64,000 nucleotides of DNA, taken from Dudresnaya verticillata. Taxonomy: Eukaryota. The notes under the pieces are model-generated. The model worked only from the letters and a program-made list of their open reading frames with translations, had not been told where the DNA came from and did not search any database. Location: assembly GCA_977862235.1 (NCBI GenBank), contig OZ374557.1, forward strand, positions 3,596,001 to 3,660,000, written 5' to 3'. Below are positions 13,479-26,073 of the stretch, in pieces. The position numbers and the translations under genes are program-made. How positions within the stretch are numbered: the first letter of the stretch is position 1; the number at the start of each line of letters is the position of its first letter.

Positions 13479-15725
13479 CTACGGCTTTTTCGTCGCAGAC
13501 GGCTCAGATAGGGCATCATCCCCGACGCCATTGGCGGATTCTCTTAACGCCTCTTCATAGAGGTCGTCTTCCGTCACCGGCAGTGCACTCGCAGCAGGTG
13601 CAGGGACAGACCGCGAGGGACCCGCCACAACCACCGCTGTCGAAGACGCGACATTCGCCGCTGGCGACGTGGCTGACTCAACCCTCGCCTTAGGTGAAGA
13701 CGCTTTGTCAGCCACCTTAGGCGCTGCAACAGGAAGCTCACTCGCCGCTGGCCGTGGAGCATCCTCAACCGCCTTGGCGAGGTCGATGGCCCCGGCACCT
13801 TCCGGTGAAGGGACCCCATTACCCGCCAAAGGCGTTGAAAGTTCAACATCCGCCACTGACGAAGAGGCTACTGGAGCCTGAGGAACCGCCGTGGACTCTG
13901 TCACCGCACTCGACTTCGGCGGACTTTTGCTAACAACTTCAGTAGACGCACCTGCGGACGAACCCGCGCAACCCGCCTTAGGCGAAAAAGGCTTTTTCGC
14001 CATTCCGTCATTAGACGCCGCACAATTGTCGTTAGACGGCACAGTCGCAACGAAATTCGACGCCGGCACCGCAGCAACGCTGGGCTGCAGAACAGCCATA
14101 AGCGAGTGCCCGAGGGGCGTCGTGGATGTTCCGCCCGGCCCGTCAGTGACGACACCGGTGGCTCGCAAGAATGCGAGCTCCGTGCGGCGCTGCCCCTAAG
14201 TCCATTCGGGAACTGGAGAAGGGCGATGTGCACCGTCCGCGACGTTAAGCAATCCGCCTTGAGGCGTAAGTGCAGACACAGAATTCGCCGCTGGCGTAGA
14301 CATGATCGCATCACCATCACCGTCATAGACGGGCGCCGCGAGGTCTATCGGTGTAACAGAAGGCAAGCCCACGGGCTCGAAAGCCGCCGGTCCTACCGCT
14401 GCTGGCGAAATGGTCGAAGGGGCCGCGGCCCCCGCAGCAGATTCAGCAGCCTTAGGCGTACTGATGTCCGTCCCAGGCGGGTTAACCGGTCTGCTGTTAG
14501 CGTGGAACGCATCCTCCTCCGCCATCAAGGCGCTCAAGTGGGGCGGGCAGTCACCGGCAACGTCGCAGTTCTTGCGTAACCCGCGTGGGTGATTCGCTGG
14601 CGTGAAGCGGTCCGTATGACGATGGCTTTCGGCAAGATTCTCCGTCGTAAGACGTTTGGTCCACGGGTTATACCACACCCAATCGCCACAGGCGGAATAG
14701 TTTCTACTCATCGCGTAACGCGGACGGTTTGCCTTACGGCGACTGTTGTTTGGCGTCACTATACCCGGATCGTCCCACTTAAAACGCTTGGCAATTATTG
14801 GCACCGCCCAGCACTTCGACCAAGTCGAGCCCGCCGAGGCGGCTGACCACCCGTGGCGGAACGTATTAGAGGCGGAAGGTGCCGTACACCTCCCACATGC
14901 ATGCGTAGGTCACATTGATGACCCACTCTGTGAAGAACACGATCCAACATCGGGAGTACGGATCCGTACGCAACCCGGAGCCGATATACGTGACACACGG
15001 AGAAAGTTCAGCTGCAAAGCCCTCGCAGACTTCAAAGTCCCGCCAGAACGCCGGGACATGGATGAAGCAGTGCGGTAACTTTTCGCGCTCAATACGATCC
15101 ACTTGCGTATCTTGATACGGCAAAAAGCGCCTTTACGGCGGCGTGTTTCGCACTCCCAACGGACGCAGCGCTCCCAATAGAAGGTTCCCGTCCTATGGAG
15201 GTATCGGAAATCCGCTTTCAAGTGTACACCAAGGAGGTTAGCCTCCTGAAGCACCCGCGGCTCAGCCGAAACAGCCACATGGATCAGTGACAACGTCCCA
15301 AGACGGTCCCCATACCCAACCTCAACATTGGTGCGGTACTGCCCTGCGTCAAATTCAAACACAGCGAGCGTCAATATCGACCCCGGATAGCCGGTAAACC
15401 GCCGATATACGTCCACAACGAAACGCGCATGCGCGTCTGCACGCGTTTGACCGGCTGCAACACCCAACCAGCCTCTCGGAATGGCGCACCGATGGGGCCA
15501 CTCGTTCTTCCACACGATGGCCAGGGGTAACTCCACTGGCAAAAATCCGTTCGTAGCGTAATGGGTAATGAGATCCTCGTGCCGCAGGGCCTCCTGGTCA
15601 AACGAGGGGGCCCGCGAAAATAATCGCGCATCGCTGCAGGGCGTCCTCCCAACAAAGTCGAAGGGTGACGGATACACCGGCGCTGCCGAAGGCGCAGCTA
15701 CCTGCAGGCGATTGAACTGGGCCAT
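13479..15725 (-). pseudogene. Antisense ORF of element A, unknown protein (about 750 codons, frameshifted)
   Basis: ORFs 14910-15773, 14866-15123, 14196-14804 and 13479-14168 join into a globular domain plus an Ala/Pro/Ser tail; homologous to 56242-58321. Confidence 0.8.
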
Positions 15726-16052
15726 CACGTCGAAGACGTAACAATCACGCCAAAGGCAGAGCCTCACGCACACGTCAACGACGACGAAACAACAAACGAA
15801 AAGGGCGAAACTCCGAGCTACGCCTTAGGCGGTGGTTGCGCAAGCACGCTCACAGATACTACGTCGGTGACGGGAAAGTGTTCGCGCCACAGGCGGGGGA
15901 AGCTGAACTTGCGTCGTCGACGGGGATCACAAACCCGAAGGGCGGGCCAAAGTGCAAAACGCTGATGCCGGATGAGCAAGAAAGTCAACGCAGAAGCGGG
16001 GAAGAAGCAAGGCTAAAGCGGGTTGACGTGTTCTCGTTTTCGGAGGGGGTCG

Positions 16053-17267
16053 TGTAGTGCCAGGGGTGGGTCCCTCTTTTCGCTTTGAGCGGGTTGATAT
16101 GTCCATGTCTACCGACGGACGACCGCCAACGGCGCGCTCAACCGCCCGCGGCGCAAACACATCACCGACGCATGCCGCTGGCCACCCGGGCCAGAACGGC
16201 TCATTTGGCGTACAGACCGCACGCCCAACTCCGCAGCACTGTACGGCGCCACGCGTGCGCGCATGGCACAGTGGCGGGAACGTTCGCTGTAAGCGTGGCC
16301 CGGATCCGGATTCAATCGGGATCCCGCATCCAGATCAGGCATCGGGATCAAGAAGTGTAAGGCACGCGCCTGTAAGCCTGGCGCATCCGCATGGCTGACC
16401 CGAATCCGGATTGGATCGGGATTAGTACGGATCGAGATCGCACGCCCTACATGACGCGTGCGGCTGTAAGGAAGTACATCCACGTGTACGTGTAAGGACT
16501 CAAGCGGCGAGCTACGCGTGATCTGTCAGACGCGCGGCTGCATGACGGACGGAACTTGTCAGACGCGCCTCGGGACAACACGTATCCCGAGTTCCCGCGC
16601 GGCACGCACGCACACACCGCCGCCGCTAGGTAGTTCTATACTTAGCTGATCCATCCCAGACGTTGAATTAAACTCGCGGCAAGCCGGCCTTGGTCCAGAA
16701 TACCCTTCTCGCGGTACGCGTACCTATCCGCTAGCCTTGAGGCCCAGGCGTCTGACCTACCGCGCTTCCGCGTCCGCACTGCGTCCACGACGTGCTTCTC
16801 CCTGCCCTCCTTTTCCCCTTTTGTTCTTTTGTTTTCCTTTTACCGCCCAGGCCGTTTACAGTCCGCCCTCAGCGAGTTCCCTTAGCTCTGCCACACCTAC
16901 CCGCTTCCAGCGTCTAACCACCAGACGCCGAACCGTCCGGAGGTGCAGTCCGTCATCAGACGCGTTTGCACTCCAGTTTACACGTCCAGCAGGCATCATG
17001 GAGAGGAGATCCCTCTCCCCGCGGCTGCACACACTTCCCTTGCTTAGCTCCGGGCTTCTTCTTCCAACAAGGACCCTGCTTGCAATGCCAGTGCTTCGAA
17101 CATCACGAACAATGCTCTCCTCGCTTGCTGTAGACCAGTCCACTTTTAGAAAACAGCCCACTCTTGCACGCCCAGCACAGATAACGACAGCTCTTACCGA
17201 AAACCCTACGTTTCGCGCAACATTCCCACGGGTGACCTCTGCTCGCTAATTTGCACCCCACATTACA
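16053..17267 (+). repeat. Putative 3' LTR of element A (about 1215 bp)
   Basis: Starts TGTAGTG after purine tract GGAGGGGG-TCG and ends CATTACA (imperfect inverted end). No second copy is available to confirm the right boundary. Confidence 0.6.
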
Positions 17268-17951
17268 CCATCCCAGATGAACAGTCCTTAGTACGTCGGT
17301 ACTTTCCACAAAACGGCTCTTGCGGGTGCTCTCATGTCTTCCCATTGCATCTTAGACCCCTCCTTTATGACCAGAACAGAGCATGAGAACGCTTACCTTC
17401 ATCCATCGGTTCTGCACACCTTGCCTGCTTCGAACGCCCCGTCCCTGCTTTGCACACAAGCTTCAACATACTTATGCGGCTCTGCACTCTGAACCACCAA
17501 TGACGAAGCAGCATTGCAATAGGCGTACCCATCAGGAACAAAGATCCAACAGTTTCAGTACTGAATCCCTTAAATTCTTCGCCAATGATCATTGCTGCAG
17601 ATATCGATATCTGCTGCAACAAAGAGCTCAATGACGCTACTCAAAACGCTCTGGGCTTGCGCTTCCTGTACTTCTGCAAGGTGCCGACCAAGCAAGTCCT
17701 GGTTACGTGAAACGATGGGCTGATTTGGTCTGCTATGCTGGTTCTTCTCATCGCGTTTGGAGTCATCCTGCTATACGATAGAGAGATTACGGGACTGTGC
17801 AGAAATGAGATGAGCAAGTAAACTGAGTCAGAAATATGGAGGTGTAGCCCAGCCACATCTTGATCACATGTTCAATTACGGTTTGCGTGTTCATTCACAA
17901 TTGTGAGTACTAGCAGGCTCTCTCCTCCTACTCACTGTACACCGTTCGCCG

Positions 17952-19128
17952 ATGAATTCCATCATGCGACAGAAGGACTTCGAGATCGGCCGTGCTGTGC
18001 GTCGTGCAGCCAACCGAAAGCACACAATGCTGCAGAGCCTAGTTCTAGGCGCAGATGACGAGCTCTTGCTGCGATGTCGGAAGCGTTTCCGACAAGCAGC
18101 ACGCGATGTGCGGCGCATCCTTCTACGTTCGCTGCAGATATCTATGGCGTCTTTTAACGTTAAGGTCTTCTCTGAAGAGGAATGCGTTCGACAGTTCCGC
18201 TTCAAGAAATCTGACTTGGGAAAGCTCGCGCAACTAACGGCATGGACGTCAGGAAAGACCAAGCGTTATAGCTACCGTTTTCATCCGTTTACAGCCACAT
18301 GTATAGTGCTGAAAAAGCTCGCATACCCTACGCGCTGGAAGGACATCGAGTATACCGTTGGTATGCGAGCATCGGCCATGTGCGAGGTTTTTTGGGAGGT
18401 TGTGGAAGCGTTTATTGGGGCTCGCGTGAACCTATTGGAAGCCTTCCGTCACGATCTCATGAACCGCCGAGCTGCAATATATGCACAAGCCATCCACGCC
18501 AAAGGCGCGCCGTTGGACAATTATGTTGGGTTCATTGACTGTACTAAAATACAAATGTGTCGCCCTGGCGGTTCTGGAGCTAACCAACGCAGCTTTTATT
18601 CGGGACATAAGCGATTTCACGGTCTCATCTATCAGACCATCACGACGCCAGACGGACTTATGTCCAACTTATACGGCCCGGAAGTAGGACGCAGACATGA
18701 TATGACCCTGTACAGGCAAAGCGGCATGAACAACCTACTAGAAACGGCCCTAACAATCGATGGAGTACAGTACTGCTTATACGGAGATGCTGCCTTTATT
18801 CTGCGTCCATGGTTACAGACAGCATACAATTCCATGGTTACAGACAGCATACAATCGTATAGGAGCATCACCGGCCCAGCAGGCCTATAATGCGGCGATG
18901 AGTGCTGTTCGGGAGGCTGTGGAGTGGACGTATAAGGATTTAAAGCAAATGTGGTCCTCCCAAAATTACAAACGCCATCTCAAAGTACGTCAAGCGCCTA
19001 TTGCACTTCTGTACAAGTGTGCTGCGTTGTTGTGGAACTTTAAGGTTTGTTTAAATCACGGGGGGCAAGTTGAAAGTTGCTTTAACTGCCCTCCGCCCAC
19101 ATTAGAACAATACGTTGGTGAACAGTAG
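17952..19128 (+). pseudogene. PIF/Harbinger DDE transposase (HARBI1-like)
   Basis: GFIDCT, YSGHKRFHGLIYQ, GRRHD, YGDAAF, REAVEW. One frameshift caused by a 25-bp tandem duplication at 18806-18855. Confidence 0.92.
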
Positions 19129-19293
19129 TAAAATAGAAGCTGTTGGTGGACCCCGGTCCGCGGACATCACTACCTCACTGTTGTTTTTCGCATCGCAGCA
19201 TAGACCCTGTACTATGTTTTCCTCGCTGTCTGCTGTCTCTTCGCCTGCAATTTTCCAAGACACGCCACGGGAAACGATTGATGGAGTCCACCT

Positions 19294-20210
19294 TTACGTC
19301 AGCTTCCGGACGAGCGCGTCGAGCACTGAAAGCATCCCTTCTCGCTCCGCACGGGCATCTCGGCGATCTTCTTTGTCCTGTGCTGCGCGTTCCAACTCCA
19401 GCTCAATACGTTTTTTGTCCAACTCTATGCGTCTCTCTTCAAGATTCTGCGCGCGTCCCACCCGGCGTTCCTTAAATTCGGCCTGACGCTTCTCAAATGC
19501 AAACCGTTCGACTTCTAATTGCATCCTTTTGTCATCCATGGCGCGCTTCTCGGCTATATGTTCGCTAATTAGGTCTTTCTCGTCATCATCTGAGGCCACA
19601 ACAAGACGGCACTTTTTGCCACTGTCCTTCCGCCCCCAGCTGAGTTATCATCTCCGTTGCGTGATCCGGACCGAGCTAGAGCTTTTGACCGTATGTCTTT
19701 TCCTGCCTCCATCAACCGTCTGTCCAGTTCGGTTCGTTCATCCCGCTAAGTTCGACGCTTCTCTTCCCATTCATCTATCTCTAGGATGACATCATCTAGG
19801 ATTGACTCGCGCTCGCCCCGAACCTCAATTATTCCTGATTCATTGGAGTTACTTCGTACCGCGGTACGGTGGTCACCAACTAGCTTCTTAAATCGGTCGT
19901 TTAGCGATTTCCAGCTCGGGGCGCAGACGTTCTCCAGAGCGCCACTGGGGACAGCTGAGAGGAAGATCCGCAAAACCTCTTCGAAGCGCGCTTGGGCCTC
20001 GCCATGAGGAGCGATGTGAGCGTCAACCGCGACAACAGCCTTGAGTAGGAGCAGATCGTAGGCTGCTGAGAATCGGATGCCCTTCTTGCGAGTGCTGACG
20101 CCCTGCTGCTGCGTAGCTCCACGCGGTGCGGCTGGGGTCGGTTGCACCTCCTCGGAGCTGGACGCAAGCGGTGTGGCCATCTTGGTGGGTGCGAGAGCGC
20201 GCTGCCGCAA
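19294..20210 (-). pseudogene. Harbinger second gene, Myb/SANT-like DNA-binding protein with coiled-coil tail
   Basis: RFSAAYDLLLLKAV..WKSLNDRFKKL, then an E/R-rich coil (19294-19599). Convergent with the transposase, the usual two-gene Harbinger layout; broken between 19600 and 19750. Confidence 0.7.
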
Positions 20211-20474
20211 TTTGCGAGTACGGCGCGAGGTGTGAAGGTTGCTATCTTTACTGTGGAAGCGCTCTGATCTGGCGGGAAGACCCCCTTGAAATTGGGCCGT
20301 CTCGGAAGGGCCCTCTCACGGGTGTTTTCTCTTCTTTCGCTTACCAGCTCTCCAAGCGAAAAACGACTCGGCCGGATCAGAAAATTGAGTTTCACGCCTC
20401 CTACGTGTATGGCGTGTAACGCTATATCAAGACATGTGAAAATCATTTCTGTATCGTAATCTCTCTAATAGCTG

Positions 20475-21247
20475 TGTAGTATAGACGTCGGGTCGATCCG
20501 ACGTCTGATACTTGCTGGTCCGAAGCCGCCACACATACCCGTCGATGGGTAGCTGTTGGGGTTGGTAGAGCGGTGTCGGCCGCGTGCGCCCCGCAGGTGC
20601 GGATCGACGGCGTCGATGCCGGAGCGCGCACGGGGCGTACCGTACGCGGGTAGGCAGCGGCCGGATCCCAGCGTCCTTTTCGAAGGGCGGCACGAAGCCG
20701 ACGGAAAGGAAAAGGAAAGGGGAAAGCCTAGCGAGGCAAGGGGAAAAGGGAAACCGCCCGCTGGCGTAAGGCAAAGGGATCGAACCCGAAAAGGCTAGGG
20801 GCAAGCTTCAGCGCGAGCTTTTGCTTGCCCGGTTTACTGAGCCGTCGATGGCCGACGGTCTTAAATACCCTACACTATGTGCACTACGACTACTTCTACA
20901 GTAGGTGCGCCCCACAACACCAACGCGGGAGGTGTGCGAGCGCGCGCCCATACACGTGTCGATACGTCCGGGTAACGGTTACCCGTGGGCGCGCGCGGGG
21001 CGTAACGGGCAGCGGCCCTCTCAACGGCTCGATGCCGGAGAGCGTCACAGGGGCGCGCCGTGTGCGGCACGGCGCGCGGCCGCTGCCGGCAGCAATGCGG
21101 TCGATCGCTACTAATTCAACGAAAAAACTAAGGGCACGCTGCCCAACCACGACTCGCCAGCGGGCGTCATCGTGTGCACCATTACAGTGCGGCGCTGCCA
21201 GCATACCTTACAGCCGCTGCTGATAGTGTGCTGACAGCTATACTACA
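20475..21247 (-). repeat. 3' LTR of element B
   Basis: Direct repeat of 28555-29327 with about 8 substitutions by manual count and no indels. Confidence 0.98.
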
Positions 21248-21250
21248 CGG

Positions 21251-21260
21251 CCCCCCCCTC
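21251..21260 (-). other. Polypurine tract of element B
   Basis: GAGGGGGGGG on the minus strand, 3 nt before the 3' LTR. Confidence 0.9.
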
Positions 21261-21589
21261 AAGCGTGAGCGCCCCGCTCACGGCCGTTGAGGTTTCCCAA
21301 GTCAAAAGGGGTGCACGGTGCGCGCGCGCGGCGCTGGAAACGCACGTGGCGCTCGATGCGCACGTGGCGCTCGATGCGCATAACGGGCTTTGCTGCCCAA
21401 ATTTGAAAGGTGCGCACGCGTGCGCGCGTGCGCGGCGCACGAATCTCACGGGCCATGCGATTGGCCGTGCAATTTCTGCGCCGATTTTTCTCGCCCGAGA
21501 TCGGCCGCTGCCGTGATCTCGAGGCGTGGCGCTCGAAGCCCGTTGTGCGCATCGAGCGCCACGCCTCGAGAGGCGCCCCCGCCGAGGGG

Positions 21590-24500
21590 TTATGAGGAGG
21601 AGCGAACGGCTTCGAGCCGGTTGGTGTTTCGCCGCCGCTGCGATGCGAAATAGTGGCTCACCATCTCCTCGGGGAGATGGGAACGTGGCTCCCACGTCGG
21701 CTTGCGATAGCCGGTCCACTTCACCTTGAACACGAGCGTGCCATCGTCGGCTGTACCGTGGTCAAGGACCTTATCCACCACGAACCGCGGGCCGTCGACG
21801 GCTTTGGACGCGAGTTCCTCAGTGGTGGGTAAGTAGGCGCTGCGCTGCGCAGTATCCTCCCGCAGCGGCGGGGGACAGTAGACGGCGCGGTCCGCTGCGA
21901 TGCGTTCGACCAAGCCGCCTCTGTCGATAAACAGCGTGCGCTTGTCGTTAAGCAGCACGCGGTAGGGCCCTATCGCTCGGCTCTGGAGCTTCTTGGGTTT
22001 CTTAACCCCGTTGCTCGCGTCGATGAAGACGTAGTCTCCCGCTCGAATGCGGGAGTTGACTTTTCTGACACGCTTGTAGAAGTCCGCGCGCACGTCCTCA
22101 CTAGGTTTCGGTCTGGCCGCTGCCTTATGAAACTTAGTGACCTCCGGCGGCGGCCGGGACAGCACGAGGCTGAAGGGTGTCGTCCGCGTCGTGCGATGGA
22201 CATGGCAGTTGTAGGAATACGTCAACGCCGCTGCGTATCGATCCCAGTCGTCCTGGTGATCGTTGATGTAATTCCTCAACATGGCCATGACGATCCGGTT
22301 GTAGCGCTCAACCTGACCGTTCGCCTGTAGGCGGACGTGAACACGTTGTTCATTCCGAGGTAGCGGCACACTGCCTGAAAGAACTTAGAGGTGAATTGCT
22401 TCCCGTTGTCGGACAACAGAGACCTCGGTGGTCCATAGTGGAAGATGCACCTCTCACAGAACGCCATGGCGACGTGGTACGCTGTGATGGTGCGCAGCGG
22501 CGCTACTTGAGTCAGCTTCGTGAATCGATCCGTCATGACGAGCAGGAACCGCTTTCCTGACTTCGTCTTGGGCAGCGGCCCTAGGATATCGATCGCGAGC
22601 GACTCGAGCGGCCTCGTGGCCGGGAACAACTTCAACCGATGAAGGGACCTCCGCAAGCGTATGCGGTTCCTGGCACAGTGCCGACAGTTCCGAACTGTCA
22701 TGGCTATGTCCGCTGACATGTGTGGCCAGTAGTAGCTCTCGCGGAGCGTGTAGAACATCCTGTTCTGGCCAGGGTGGCCAGCCAGGAGGGAGTGGTGCGC
22801 GAGCGTGAGAAGCCGCGGCTGTAGCGTTTCGGGCACCACTATTTGCTCCAACGAGGAGATGACCGGGTGACGCCGGCACAAGAGCCCGTCCTCGTCCTCG
22901 AAGAAGTGGCTATCCCGTCGACGGGACTGCCGTGCCAACACTGTTTGGCAAAAATAATCGCGCCGCTGCGCATCCACCAATTCCTCGACGGTTATTGGTG
23001 AAGGGAGCTTCACCGGTTCAACCCGGGTGAGGTCCGTCGGCTCTTGGCTCGCGTCGATGTGGCCAAGGTCGAAAAGGTCTACGTCGTCGCAGTCGTCCCA
23101 GGCTTCGTCGTCGGCAAGCCCCGGTGGCTCGTCGCTGTCCGAGGGCTCCTTGGCTTCGCTGCCAGTGCCGCCCACTGCAGCCGGTCGATCCGGCGCCTTC
23201 CGCGTCGACGCGTTGGCTTTGGACCGGGTGGTCTGCAAGACCGACGGTGCCTTGGGTTCGGTACTTGAGGCACCCTCCTTCTGGCGGTCGACCGCCGGGG
23301 GGTCATAGGTAGGGACGTCGTCGTCAACCTCCTCTTGCCGCCGTCGAGGCCTCACCAGGCGGGACAGCGCGTCCGGCACCTGGTGGACCCTCCCCGGGTG
23401 GTACTCAATCTGGAAGTCGAATTCCGCGAGTCGTAACCGCCAGCGGGTGAGGCGACCGGACGAATCGGTCAAAGACATGAGCCAGCGCAAGGCGTCATGG
23501 TCGGTTCGTACCGTGAACCGGGTCCCTTCGATATAGGGACGCAGGGTTGTGATCGACCACACCACTGCAAAGCATTCGCGCTCCGTGGCCGAGTAGTTTC
23601 GCTCCGCTGAGCTTTGTGAGTAAGACCAGTACCCAACGGGGTGTAACTGGCCGTCCTCTTGCTCCTGGAGCAGGGCGCATCCGAGCTGGTACGCCGATGC
23701 GTCCGTGTCGAGGACGTACGGCTTGCCCTCGCGAGGGAGCCGTAGGATAGGAGTCGATAAGAGTGTCGCTCGCAGCGTCTCGAATGACTCTAGCACCGCT
23801 GCGCTTGGATTATCGAAATCCACATCCGCATCCTTGCGGGTCATATCCGTCAGCGGACGAGCGATCTTCGCGAAGTTCCTGAAGAAGCGGCGGTAAACGT
23901 TACACGCCGCGAGGAACGACCTCACCTTCGTTAGGGAGGTCGGGAACTGCGCATGGCGGAACGCGTCGATGCTTGTCTTCGCCATGCGTAGTTTCCCCGG
24001 CTCGATCACGTGACCGAGGTAGTCCACGCGGGACTGGAAGAAGTGGCACTTCTTCAGCTTCAGGGACACGCCGCCCTTGCGAAGCAGAGTCAGCACGCGG
24101 TCTAGGTGACCGACGTGCTCCGCGATCGACCGCGAGAATATGATCACATCATCGAGATAGATCAAACAACACTGCCATCTAACTCCGCTGAGTATGATGT
24201 CCAGTGCACGCTGGAAAGTCGCGGGGGCGTTCTTCAGTCCGAAGGGCATCCGCAGGTAGCGGAACGTCCCTAGGAACGTCGTGAACGTGGTCTTATCCCT
24301 GTCAGCCGCTGCGACAGGGATTTGCCAGTACCCCGCGTTACAATCCAACGTGGAGAAAATGGCAGCGTCGCCAAGACTGTCGATACAGTCATCCATGCGT
24401 GGGAGTGGGTACGCATCGCTCAGGGTTTTGGTGTTAAGACGTCGATAGTCCACACAAAACCTGAGCGTGCCATCCTTCTTGGGCGCCAGAACGACTGGCG

Positions 24501-26073
24501 ATGCCCACTCCGACGTGGCGGGTTCGATTAACCCTGCACGAAGCATGGTCTTGACCTCGTTCTGTACGAGCTTCCGCATAGCGGGGCCCTGTCGATAGGG
24601 CATTGAGCGAATTGGCCGCGTGCCGGGTTCCACGTCGATGTGGTGTTGCGTAGCGGCAATCTTGCCTAGCCTCCCGTCCCACATGGACTGATGCTTCCGA
24701 AGCATGGCGAGGACTTCTTCGCGGGTGACCTTGTCTTCGATAGACGAAAGGTCCACCTGCGACTCCCAGTCCTCGACGGACTCTCTTTTCTCCGCCGCTG
24801 CGGTCGCTGCTCCTTGGAGCTTTGTGGGCTCGGGGCCCCTTGCTATCGACGGCGTGACTGGGGGGTCGTTGCTCCCCTTACCCCTGGGCCGCTGCCCTTT
24901 GTGCGGAAGGGTGGTGATATTCATCACCCTCCCGAATTCTTCCGCGACGTCGCGGTACGGGGTTATTAGGGCGACTGGGTTGCGGACCGCATAGCCAACC
25001 ACGGTACCCTTCGGTAGGGTCCGGGCTTTGTCCGTCCAGTTGCCCAAGATAACCCCGAAGGGTCGCCCCGACTCGATGTCGTGCACCCCGTTGGTCAGTC
25101 TCACGCCGTGGCGGAACTGCAACGAGGGCTTGGGCTCCGTGTGGACTAACCCACTAGCCCCCGACGTCACCGAGACGAGCCTCTGCGAGTAGGCTGGGAC
25201 AACCACCTGCCCTGCGAGGCGTATGGTGTGGGTATCATGATCCCAGTCGAGGAGCTCCCGCTGGTGCTTCTTCGACAAACCCTTCGATGGGTTCTTCGGC
25301 TGCGTTGCCGGACCGGTCCCCTCGCTAGGGGTCCTGCGGCTGAGGATGGGCACCGAGCCTCCTTTCCTCAGCGTCAGCCTTCTCAACTCGACGTCGATTC
25401 CGCGCACGTGCGCGTTGATAAACTGCGTGCCTATCAGTACGTCGACCGCGAGTGTGTCGGCGACGATGAAAGGCACGCGGAACGTCGTGTTCCCTAACCT
25501 CATCGAGAGGCGGACGACGCCGGACAGCCTCAGCGGAGTCTTGTCAGCGCCTGCCAGGCGTGGCGCGGAGTCGATCTCTGACGCGTTTTCCTCCCAGCCT
25601 GCGGGCAGGGCACCTCGAGCGATGAGGTTATACCCGGAGCCGGTGTCCACCGCGATGGTGTGGGGTATCATGACCTGCGGGTCCGCACCGAGGGACCCGG
25701 ACACTCGGTAAATCTCGGAGGACAGGAGGCACACGTACCCATCGGGGGTAGTGGCCGGCTCTGCGTCGATGCATGGAACCCCGGTATCCTAGCGTCGAGC
25801 GTCTGTTTCCGCCTGTCCCGCCGTTGGGGAACTGTGCCCTTTTCGCCTGGCCTGCCGCTTGCGTCGACGCCGCGGCGGCCAGGGCGGTTTGGTACGCGTC
25901 GCCCACGACGTCCCGTCGACCGGGACGTCGTTCGTGTCCTTCGAAGCGCCGCTGCGCTCGACGTGGGGGCTCGCTGCCCCCAACGCCGTCGAAGGTGAAA
26001 GGGAAGGTGGGTCTGGTGTTGGACAAGACGGTGCGCGCGACCGCACGAGCGGCGCCGCCTTTATTCTTTTTCC
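21590..26073 (-). pseudogene. pol: pol of element B: protease, RT, RNase H, integrase, chromodomain
   Basis: VDTGS, YLDD, DTDAS, H..GHPG..C..C, SDNG, GPY, chromodomain FVVDKVLDH..VKWTGY..TWEP. In-frame TAG at 25789-25791 and a small frameshifting deletion near 22328 (the HP of Y-HPQ is lost). Confidence 0.96.

Larger units (their letters stand above)
8075..17267 (+). mobile_element. 5'-truncated Ty3/Gypsy chromovirus (element A) with antisense ORF
   Basis: Decayed pol, a 3.8-kb spacer holding a minus-strand ORF, a PPT at about 16042-16049 and a TG..CA-bounded LTR. No gag or 5' LTR seen. Confidence 0.8.

Noticed and set aside
13479..15725. env-like gene
   Set aside because: It is antisense to pol and I see no signal peptide or transmembrane segment.
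17280..20470. Harbinger TIRs and TAA/TTA TSD
   Set aside because: No convincing inverted ends found by eye, so element boundaries were not called.
20427..21223. ORFs within LTRs (also 28543-29303 and 49181-50180)
   Set aside because: GC-rich LTR sequence open in several frames with no protein motifs.
22276..25791. Element B as a trans-mobilised defective copy
   Set aside because: With about 1% LTR divergence, a few post-insertion lesions in 7 kb are expected.
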